DNA of 64,000 nucleotides from Chloroflexota bacterium (GTDB lineage Bacteria; Chloroflexota; Anaerolineae; Anaerolineales; UBA11579): NCBI GenBank assembly GCA_023485685.1, contig JAMCZK010000054.1, positions 2,440 to 66,439 of the forward strand, read 5' to 3'. Shown piece by piece: positions 9,532 to 17,043 of this stretch (position 1 is its first letter; each line of letters starts with the position of its first letter). The notes under the pieces were generated by a model. It saw only the letters and a program-made list of their open reading frames with translations, ran no database searches and was not told where the DNA came from. The position numbers and the translations under genes were made by a program.

Positions 9532-10008
9532 TTACTCAGCCGGGGTACCCTCAGGAGCTTCGGGAGCCTGGGCCTCAACTGCAGGAGCATCCTCTGCGGG
9601 AGCAGCTGCCGGAGCGGGAGCCGCCGGAGCAACTTTCTTCTTCCTGGACATGCCGGCTGCGGGAGCCTCGCGGCGGGTCTGGCGGTTGGCGTTGCGCACC
9701 GCCGCAGCGCTCTCGGCTTCGGCGAGCAAAGTCTCGACTTTCTCGCCAGACTTGAAGCGTTCGTACCGTTCAGTCAGACCCGCTACCTTGAAAACTTGCG
9801 TGGCGGAGTCGCTGGGCTGGGCCCCTTTACTGATCCAGTCGTAGATACGATCTTCCTTCAACTGGATGGTGGCCGGTTGGGTGCGCGGGTTGTAAAAGCC
9901 AAGAATTTCAATGAAACGGCCGTTGTTGGGGCTTTCCTTATCCGTGGCTACGATGCGGAAACTGGCCTGTGATCTGCCGCCCACGCGGCGCAAACGAATA
10001 CGAACCAT
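9532..10008 (-). CDS. rpsP: 30S ribosomal protein S16 with an Ala/Pro/Glu-rich C-terminal extension
   Basis: 158 aa. MVRIRLRRVGGRSQASFRIVATDKESPNNGRFIEILGFYNPRT is canonical S16. About 70 extra low-complexity residues at the C-terminus. Confidence 0.95.
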   Translation of the reverse strand: MVRIRLRRVGGRSQASFRIVATDKESPNNGRFIEILGFYNPRTQPATIQLKEDRIYDWISKGAQPSDSATQVFKVAGLTERYERFKSGEKVETLLAEAESAAAVRNANRQTRREAPAAGMSRKKKVAPAAPAPAAAPAEDAPAVEAQAPEAPEGTPAE

Positions 10009-10182
10009 ATAATGAAAGACTCCTCTACTAGTCGAGAGATTATACCCAAACGGCCAGTCATTGTAGCTTGCGCACGAAAGGCGGTCAAGGGCATACTAAT
10101 TGAAGACACGCGACTTCGCAGAGCGGGGCGGGTTTTAATTGTATCCAGTCGAATTTGGGTCACCCACTTCCCAGGAGAAAGC

Positions 10183-11037
10183 ATGGCCAAAATCGCTTTA
10201 GTCACCGACAGTACTACCTATATCCCCAAAGAACTGAGCAAAGGTTTCGAAATCAACGTCGTGCCTTCGGTCATTATTTGGGGTGGAGAGACATTCCGGG
10301 ATGGGGTCGATATCCAACCGACCGAATTTTACAAACGTCTGGCGACTTCTAAGGAAACGCCGACGACTTCCCAGCCCACCCCGGGTGATTTCAAAGAGAT
10401 GTATGAAGGGTTAGCCAAAAAAGGTTTCAGCGACATTCTTTCTGTGCATATCTCCGCGAAATTCTCTGGAACCATGGCGTCGGCGGAAGCAGCCAAGGCC
10501 CAAGTTTCGGGGATCAACATCGCGGTTGTGGATGCGCACTCGGCCTCCATGGGCACCGCCTGGCCGCTATTGGAAGGGGCGAAGGCTGCCAAGCAGGGCA
10601 AGTCATTGGATGAATGCGTCGAGATCGTCAAGAAAACACAAGAACACACCGGCATCTTGCTGATGGTGGATACGTTGGAGTTCCTTTACCGCGGCGGGCG
10701 CATCGGCGGCGGCGCCAGATTCCTGGGTACAGCACTGAAGCTAAAGCCCATCCTCGAAGTGCAAGAGGGCGCACTGGAAGCCATCGAGCGCGTACGCACG
10801 AAGGGCAAGGCGTTGGACCGACTGGTAGAGTTGCTAATCGAACGCATTGCCAGCCGCACGCCGGTACATTTAGCGGTGCTGCATGCGAACGCCAGGGAGG
10901 ACGCTATGAAGCTCCTCGAAGAAGGCAGCAAGCGCGTCAACCCAATCGAAACAGCGGTGGCGGATGTCAGCCCGGCCGTGGGCACCCACACAGGTCCGGG
11001 AACATTGGGTTTCGCCTTTATGGCAGGAGTGAAATAG
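10183..11037 (+). CDS. DegV family fatty-acid-binding protein
   Basis: The ORF track starts at 10012, but AGGAG precedes the ATG at 10183 (MAKIALVTDSTTYIP, the typical DegV N-terminus). TSQPTPGDF motif present. Confidence 0.9.
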   Translation: MAKIALVTDSTTYIPKELSKGFEINVVPSVIIWGGETFRDGVDIQPTEFYKRLATSKETPTTSQPTPGDFKEMYEGLAKKGFSDILSVHISAKFSGTMASAEAAKAQVSGINIAVVDAHSASMGTAWPLLEGAKAAKQGKSLDECVEIVKKTQEHTGILLMVDTLEFLYRGGRIGGGARFLGTALKLKPILEVQEGALEAIERVRTKGKALDRLVELLIERIASRTPVHLAVLHANAREDAMKLLEEGSKRVNPIETAVADVSPAVGTHTGPGTLGFAFMAGVK

Positions 11038-11091
11038 TAGACAGTTGACAGCTGACAGTAAAACAGAAAGCTTTATGTTTGCGAAGCTCTC

Positions 11092-12396
11092 TCATTTCAC
11101 AGAACCGTAAAACAAAGGCAAGGGTTTAACCTTCTTTGGTGACCATTTGTGCGCAGCGAGGATTCGCTTACGCGCAAAGGTTAATTTGGTTTTGTCGTTG
11201 GCATGCAGTGTAAAGAGGGGTTCACCTTTCTCTACTTTGTCGCCCACCTTGTGGTGAACGACAATCCCAACGGCGTGGTCGATAGGCGCGCCCTTCTTAA
11301 GGCGCCCGGCGCCCAATTCGACTGAAGTTTCTCCGACTTCTTTCGCATCGATCCATTTCAAATAGCCGGCACGCGGGGAGGGAACCTCTTCGATGAATTG
11401 TGCGCTTGGCAATTTCGCAGGTTCATCTACATAACTCACATCGCCTCCCTGGGCTATGACTAACTGGCGGAAACGCTCGAAGGCGAAGTTGTCTTCCAAC
11501 GCGGCAGCGGCGCGCTGCTTGGCGGCTCTTAATGTGCCCGCCGCTTCACCCAACAAGAGCAAGTTTCCAGCGACCTGCAGGCAATGCTCGCGGAAGTCCT
11601 TCGGGCCACCACCCTGAAGGGTGTCAATGGCTTCCTTAACCTCCAAGGCATTGCCAACCGCGTTGCCCAAGGGTTGGTTCATATTCGAGAGCAGAGCAAC
11701 GGCTTTGCGATTGACTCGTTTGGCGATCTTTACCATGATGCGCGCTAACGCACGCGCCTGATCCAAATTCTTCATGAACGCGCCGACGCCAACTTTAACG
11801 TCGAGCACCATGCGCTGGGCGCCAGCGGCAATTTTCTTGCTCATGATTGAGGATGCGATCAGGGGGAGCGCGTCCACGGTGCCGGTTACATCTCGTAAGG
11901 CATACAGCTTGCCGTCCGCAGGCGCCAGGTCGTCGGTTTGGCCGGTGAGCACCAAGCCGACTTCCTTGAGTTGGAGCAGGAATTCTTCTTTGCTCAGATT
12001 CGTGCGGAAACCGGGAATAGATTCCATCTTATCCAGCGTGCCGCCGCTGAACCCCAAGCCCCGCCCAGACATCTTGCCCACCCTTAAGCCGCAAGCGGAT
12101 ACGATAGGTTCCACCACCAGGGTTGTCTTGTCGCCTACGCCGCCTGTGGAGTGTTTGTCCAGGGCGAAATCCACCACTCCAGTCAAATCCAGGGTTTCCC
12201 CGGATGCAGCCATGGCCAGGGTTAATTCCGTGGTCTCCCTGTCGGTCATTCCGTTCAGGAGCACGGCCATCGCCCAGGCGGAGGCTTGGTAATCGGTTAT
12301 GGCCCCCGAGGTATAGCCTTCGATAAAAAAGCGAATTTCGGCAGGGCTGAGTTCGAGCCCATCGCGTTTCTTTATGATGATGTCAACAGGGCGCAT
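11092..12396 (-). CDS. pdp: Pyrimidine-nucleoside (thymidine) phosphorylase
   Basis: Start moved to the internal ATG at 12396 (MRPVDIIIKKRDG, the family N-terminus). HSTGGVGDKT and SGRGLGFSGGTLDKMESIPG motifs. Confidence 0.9.
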   Translation of the reverse strand: MRPVDIIIKKRDGLELSPAEIRFFIEGYTSGAITDYQASAWAMAVLLNGMTDRETTELTLAMAASGETLDLTGVVDFALDKHSTGGVGDKTTLVVEPIVSACGLRVGKMSGRGLGFSGGTLDKMESIPGFRTNLSKEEFLLQLKEVGLVLTGQTDDLAPADGKLYALRDVTGTVDALPLIASSIMSKKIAAGAQRMVLDVKVGVGAFMKNLDQARALARIMVKIAKRVNRKAVALLSNMNQPLGNAVGNALEVKEAIDTLQGGGPKDFREHCLQVAGNLLLLGEAAGTLRAAKQRAAAALEDNFAFERFRQLVIAQGGDVSYVDEPAKLPSAQFIEEVPSPRAGYLKWIDAKEVGETSVELGAGRLKKGAPIDHAVGIVVHHKVGDKVEKGEPLFTLHANDKTKLTFARKRILAAHKWSPKKVKPLPLFYGSVK

Positions 12397-12568
12397 GGGA
12401 AAAATGGGAGGTTTTGGGGCTAAAATTATAATATAGCGTGTCTGTTGGTCATTCACAGGCCGCTTCCCATGAATGGCTTGGCCAAGGCGAGGGAGTCCCG
12501 CTCGCCTGCTCTTGCATTTTTGATAGGATTGGCTTAATGTCAGGATGGGAAAACGTTTTCAGTAACTA

Positions 12569-15500
12569 ATGACGATCTTACTGACTAAGGTTCGCCCCCC
12601 GCAGCGTCGCAAAGATGTTTTGCGTCGTGTGCGCCTGGTCGATACCCTGCACCAAAACCTGCATCGCAAATTGACCTTCGTTTCTGCGCCGGCCGGATAC
12701 GGGAAGACCACCCTGCTGGTCGATTTCGCCGCGGACGTTGATGCTATTGTGTTCTGGTACCGGATTGGGGCCGAAGACAATGACCTGGTCCAATTTGTCC
12801 AACACCTCATTGCCAGCTTCCAACAAAAAGCCCCCCGTTTCGGAGTCGCCCTTGAGGAGCGGCTAAACACCATCGGCAGCGCCCCCGATGCACCATCGCT
12901 GGCCATCGATTTTATCAATGAGGTCGAGCAGAGAGTGGAGGACTTCTCGTTGCTGATCCTGGACGATTACCACCTGGCGGGTGAAAACCAACAAATCGTG
13001 GACTTCGTCGAAAACCTGCTCGAGCACCTGCCCGACCATTTGCGTATCCTGATTGGATCGCGCAGCGTCTATGGGATCCCGACGGCCAGCCTGTACGTGC
13101 GCGACGAGTTGGTGACCATCAGCGCAGACGAACTGCGCTTCCGCGCCGACGAATTGCAGAAGCTGGTGCTGCAGAACTACCGCATGCGGCTTAGCGACGA
13201 GCAAGCCGAGGAATTTTCCAAGCGGGCCGATGGGTGGATCGTGGCCATCTTGCTAGCGTTGCGCACCATGGAAAACGGGGTGCTGCCCAAACTGCGGGGC
13301 GGTATCAATAAGATTTATGAGTACCTGGCCAAAGAGGTAGTTAACCGGCAAAGTGCAGAGCTGCGTGATTTCATGATGGCCACTTCCATTTTGAATGATT
13401 TCAACGAAGCCCAGTGCAATTATCTTCTGGAAAGAAAGGATTCGACGTTGTTCTTGCGCGCGCTGGAGGACCGCAACCTCTTCGTGAGTCGCACAGAGAC
13501 CAACGAGGGCGCCAGCTACCGCTACCACCAATTGTTCGCCGAGTTCCTGCAGGATTATTTCTCCCGCAGCCAGGCCGACCGCCTGCGCGAACTGCACCGC
13601 CGCGCGGCAACCTGGCACCAGAAGCGCGAGGAATGGGAAGCCGCCATCGACCACAAGCTGGCGGCAGGCGACAAGCAGGAAGCCGCCGGGTGGATGGACG
13701 CGGTAGCCAATGATTTTTACGCAGCCGGACGCCAGACGCTATTAACCAGGTGGGTTTCTTCACTAGAGAAAACACCTAATTGTCTGCATTTTGCACCACA
13801 TCTGCTCTTATACCAGGCAAAAGCTCTAGGAAATCAAAGCGAATTTAAGGCCAGTTTGAAATTGCTTAATATCGCCGATCCAATACTTGTGCGCACTAAT
13901 GACAAGGAAGCATTAGCGAATGTAAGAATCACCAAAGGAATGATCAGCCGATTAACAGGTGATTTTCCGAAAGCGCTGGTTTTAGCAAAAGAAGCTCAAG
14001 CAATTCTTCGCGGGGACTCAAAACGCGTTCGCTACAGTCGACAATGGTATCAAGCAGAGAGATTGATGGCCATTCCCACATTAATTAATGGAGATACCCA
14101 AAAAGCAATTAACTATATTAATTCTGCAATCGAAGGTATTAGAAAATTGGTTGATTCCAGCGAGGGAGGTTTGAAAGCAATCTATAGGTATGACCTGGCC
14201 GAGTGCTTGAACGATGCTGGATTTATCCATCTTAATATGGCCGAGATGTTGGAAGCGCAAAAGGCTTTTCAGGAAGCTTTAAAAATCCATATCGATATCC
14301 ATAGCAACTTAGGGGCGCTTGCCTTGGCAAGGAATAACATCGCATATTTAGATCATCAAACTGGCCATTACGGTGAAGCCTGGCGAGAATATTCTTTGGC
14401 CTATGAACATTCAAAAGCAGCAAATCGCATTCGCGAACAAATCGGGATTCTCAACGGTCGCGGAGAACTCATGCTGGAGCTTAATGAAGTCGAGGAGGCG
14501 CTCACGAATTTTCAGGCTGCATTAAGTCTTGGCAAGCAGTTTGGCGAAAAACCGGAATTGGCCTCCACTTATTTGGGATTGGCAAAACTCGAAAGAATCC
14601 GCGGCCAGCATCAGGAAGCCATTACATGGTTGAGAAAAGCGGCCAGCTTTCCAGGTAATCCGTTGGCAAGTGGCGAGTATTCAGTTGAGCTAGGCACTAT
14701 TTATGATGCAATGGGACAACATGACCTTGCCCTCAAACAGTTTCGGACTGTTTTGAATAAACCGGGCAGCGGGAAAGCCCCTACACAAACAGAAATCCTT
14801 GCAGCATTTCTGGCCGCGCGAACGCTCTTTAGAGAAGGCAATATTAAGAAGGCGGAGTCACTCCTGTTCGAAGCTTTGGAGGGTGCTGCCAGACTTGGTC
14901 ATGACCAATTTTTAGTCACAGCAGCCCGCACAAGCTTAGATTTCCTGGAAGCGGTAGTGCTTGCATCCCCAACTACACAACTCAAATCGCTTTTCGATCG
15001 GGCAATTAAATTCGAAACAGGCAAAGCTGCGCTCGAACTAGAACCAGTTATTAATCAGGTCCCTCAGATCCATATCGAAGTCAGAGCATTTGGGCAAGGA
15101 GAAATCCGCGTCAATGGAGAGTTGTTACCCGCCTCCGTGTGGAGATCCAGCAGGGCCCGCGGGTTGTTCTTCTACATTCTCGATCGCGGCAAGGCGCGTA
15201 AGGACACTATCGGATTGGATTTCTGGCCAGATTTTAGCGCCGGGAAAATCAGCAGCAATTTCCATGCAACTCTATGGCGAGTCCGCCAGGCCCTCGGATT
15301 TAAAGACGCGATTTTGTTCGAGGGCGATCAATACAGCCTGCACCCTTCCATTCAAATCTGGTACGACGTGAATGAATTTGAACGCTATCTCCATTCGGCC
15401 ACCAAACCCAACCTGACGGATGCCGAACGCAGTGAAACGCTGCGCCAGGCGATCAAACTATATCAAGCGCCCTATTTACAGGATCTTTACATGGAATGGG

Positions 15501-15802
15501 CAGATCGAAGGAGGGAAGAGTTACGCAATGGGTACCTGGAAGCCCTTTCCCGCCTAGCGAAGATCGAAAGCCAGGAAAAACGTTTTGGCGAGGCAAAGAA
15601 ATTGTATGAACGAATTGTCTCTGTGGATCCGTATCGCGATGAAGCCCATCTATCGCTGATGAAATGCCTGACTCTCTCCGGCGCGCCTTCGGCTGCTATC
15701 GCCCATTTCAAGAGGTACAAGTCTTTGCTGCGCAAAGAACTGAATTCCGAACCCCTGCCGGAATTGCAAGAATACTATGAAACGTTGACCGTAAAGGCTT
15801 AG
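12569..15802 (+). CDS. Large STAND-type transcriptional regulator: MalT-like P-loop NTPase, TPR region, C-terminal OmpR-type wHTH plus BTAD (SARP-like)
   Basis: 1077 aa. N-terminus LLTKVRPPQRR...FVSAPAGYGKTTLL, LLILDDYH, ADGWIVAILLAL (MalT-N pattern). Central TPR-like repeats. C-terminus VRAFGQGEIRVNGELL...NFHATLWRVRQALG (wHTH), then WADRRREELRNGYLEAL...DPYRDEAHLSLMKCL (BTAD). Confidence 0.85.
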   Translation: MTILLTKVRPPQRRKDVLRRVRLVDTLHQNLHRKLTFVSAPAGYGKTTLLVDFAADVDAIVFWYRIGAEDNDLVQFVQHLIASFQQKAPRFGVALEERLNTIGSAPDAPSLAIDFINEVEQRVEDFSLLILDDYHLAGENQQIVDFVENLLEHLPDHLRILIGSRSVYGIPTASLYVRDELVTISADELRFRADELQKLVLQNYRMRLSDEQAEEFSKRADGWIVAILLALRTMENGVLPKLRGGINKIYEYLAKEVVNRQSAELRDFMMATSILNDFNEAQCNYLLERKDSTLFLRALEDRNLFVSRTETNEGASYRYHQLFAEFLQDYFSRSQADRLRELHRRAATWHQKREEWEAAIDHKLAAGDKQEAAGWMDAVANDFYAAGRQTLLTRWVSSLEKTPNCLHFAPHLLLYQAKALGNQSEFKASLKLLNIADPILVRTNDKEALANVRITKGMISRLTGDFPKALVLAKEAQAILRGDSKRVRYSRQWYQAERLMAIPTLINGDTQKAINYINSAIEGIRKLVDSSEGGLKAIYRYDLAECLNDAGFIHLNMAEMLEAQKAFQEALKIHIDIHSNLGALALARNNIAYLDHQTGHYGEAWREYSLAYEHSKAANRIREQIGILNGRGELMLELNEVEEALTNFQAALSLGKQFGEKPELASTYLGLAKLERIRGQHQEAITWLRKAASFPGNPLASGEYSVELGTIYDAMGQHDLALKQFRTVLNKPGSGKAPTQTEILAAFLAARTLFREGNIKKAESLLFEALEGAARLGHDQFLVTAARTSLDFLEAVVLASPTTQLKSLFDRAIKFETGKAALELEPVINQVPQIHIEVRAFGQGEIRVNGELLPASVWRSSRARGLFFYILDRGKARKDTIGLDFWPDFSAGKISSNFHATLWRVRQALGFKDAILFEGDQYSLHPSIQIWYDVNEFERYLHSATKPNLTDAERSETLRQAIKLYQAPYLQDLYMEWADRRREELRNGYLEALSRLAKIESQEKRFGEAKKLYERIVSVDPYRDEAHLSLMKCLTLSGAPSAAIAHFKRYKSLLRKELNSEPLPELQEYYETLTVKA

Positions 15803-15937
15803 ATTGGACGAAACTCGCATTTCTAATACGATGTTCCTAACGCTATTCCATCTCATCGATGCTTGCATGGCTGCCCAGACAGGTAGCCATTTTTTGTCAA
15901 AATCGCTCATAGCTGCGTTCATAGGGACCCCCCTAGA

Positions 15938-16141
15938 ATGCCCGAGCCAAAACCTACCGGAGGTTTCGTATGTAAACAGCCAAAGGTTTTTGCTAACCAG
16001 CCCTGTGGCGGCGGGTTAGTGGTCTCTGCCTTCCGCCAGCCAACCGGCGGCGGTGTAGGCGGCTACCTAACCTTCTGCCAGCCTGTGGTTGTATCGGTGG
16101 TAGCCATTAAGCCCGGCGCCTCCGAAGTTCAAACTGAATAG
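15938..16141 (+). pseudogene. Diverged, probably decayed paralogue of the Gly-rich repeat peptide gene
   Basis: The RBS/ATG homologous to the intact copy (GGAGG 15959-15963, ATG 15970) is followed directly by TAA (15973-15975). The repeat-like sequence ANQPCGGGLVV / FRQPTGGGVGG / FCQPVVV is open only from a non-homologous ATG at 15938 with no RBS. The last unit is shifted by 1 nt relative to the shared ...IGGSH* end. Confidence 0.5.
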
Positions 16142-16407
16142 CCATTCGTCAAGGAATACCAGGAACGAGAATTAACAAGGAGATCGAGATGTCTAAACTC
16201 AAACTGAACGCTATCGCTACACAAGCTTTGCTGGACAAGGAATTCAAGGCTGCCCTGTTGAGCGGCAAAGGTCAGGATCGCCTGGGCGCCTTCCAACTCA
16301 ATGATGAGGAAGTCCAGGCGGTGATGTCCATCCAGGCTATGGATCTGGATCAGTTCATCCGCCACCTCAGCGGCCTCATCCAGCCCACGCAGGCTTTGGC
16401 CTAAGTG
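16093..16407 (+). repeat. Copy 1 of a 315-bp perfect direct repeat (period 590 bp)
   Basis: Read base by base: 16093-16407 is identical to 16683-16997. It spans the last 18 nt of the peptide gene, the spacer with RBS, and the whole 71-aa gene plus 3 nt. Confidence 0.95.
16189..16404 (+). CDS. 71-aa helical protein resembling an NHLP/LigA-type RiPP leader, without a core (copy 1)
   Basis: AAGGAG RBS 7 nt upstream of the ATG. Sequence MSKLKLNAIATQALLDKEFKAALLSG...FQLNDEEVQAVMSIQAMDLDQFIRHL. The helix pattern xxAxxDxxFKAxLL and L(T/N)xEExxA recalls NHLP/LigA-subunit-like leader domains. No Cys and no GG cleavage motif. Confidence 0.7.
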   Translation: MSKLKLNAIATQALLDKEFKAALLSGKGQDRLGAFQLNDEEVQAVMSIQAMDLDQFIRHLSGLIQPTQALA

Positions 16408-16508
16408 TTGATTCACTGCCGTGCGCTCAAGGCGCGGCACAGAAAACATAGCTGTGGTCTAGGAACCCTGGACCACACGAGCAAAATCTAACCTATTGGA
16501 GGCTTCAC

Positions 16509-16700
16509 ATGTGCAACAGCATCAAGATTTCTGCAAATCAACCCCTCAGTGGTGGTATTGGCGGCGATCCCCACGCTAACCAGCCTCTCAGTGGAGGCAT
16601 TGGCGGTTTCCCCATTGCCAATCAGCCTTTGAGCGGCGGAATCGGTGGTAGCCCCACTTTCTGCCAACCTTTGAGCGGCGGCATCGGTGGTAGCCATTAA
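16509..16700 (+). CDS. 63-aa Gly-rich peptide with four tandem [5 variable aa]-QPLSGGIGG units
   Basis: GGAGG (16498-16502), 6-nt spacer, ATG at 16509. Sequence MCNSIKISANQPLSGGIGGDPHANQPLSGGIGGFPIANQPLSGGIGGSPTFCQPLSGGIGGSH. The four 27-nt QPLSGGIGG copies differ at 2-9 nt and every difference is synonymous in this frame. Confidence 0.75.
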   Translation: MCNSIKISANQPLSGGIGGDPHANQPLSGGIGGFPIANQPLSGGIGGSPTFCQPLSGGIGGSH

Positions 16701-16997
16701 GCCCGGCGCCTCCGAAGTTCAAACTGAATAGCCATTCGTCAAGGAATACCAGGAACGAGAATTAACAAGGAGATCGAGATGTCTAAACTCAAACTGAACG
16801 CTATCGCTACACAAGCTTTGCTGGACAAGGAATTCAAGGCTGCCCTGTTGAGCGGCAAAGGTCAGGATCGCCTGGGCGCCTTCCAACTCAATGATGAGGA
16901 AGTCCAGGCGGTGATGTCCATCCAGGCTATGGATCTGGATCAGTTCATCCGCCACCTCAGCGGCCTCATCCAGCCCACGCAGGCTTTGGCCTAAGTG
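16683..16997 (+). repeat. Copy 2 of the 315-bp perfect direct repeat
   Basis: Identical to 16093-16407. Confidence 0.95.
16779..16994 (+). CDS. 71-aa helical protein resembling an NHLP/LigA-type RiPP leader (copy 2, 100% identical)
   Basis: Same sequence and RBS as 16189..16404. Confidence 0.7.
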   Translation: MSKLKLNAIATQALLDKEFKAALLSGKGQDRLGAFQLNDEEVQAVMSIQAMDLDQFIRHLSGLIQPTQALA

Positions 16998-17043
16998 CAT
17001 CTTATAGAGCCGGGAGCCGTTTTCTATTGGTACTAATCTGAAC

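Noticed and set aside
10012-12456. Longer N-termini for DegV (start 10012) and the nucleoside phosphorylase (start 12456), and likewise upp (start 22572).
   Set aside because: Internal ATGs with RBS-like sequences coincide with the conserved family N-termini, and the upstream residues have no homology.
16509-16700. The tandem ~42-bp periodicity could be a CRISPR array or a non-coding minisatellite.
   Set aside because: The units are contiguous with no unique spacers of CRISPR size. The copies differ only at synonymous positions of one reading frame, which has an RBS and ATG. The periodicity is therefore protein-level.
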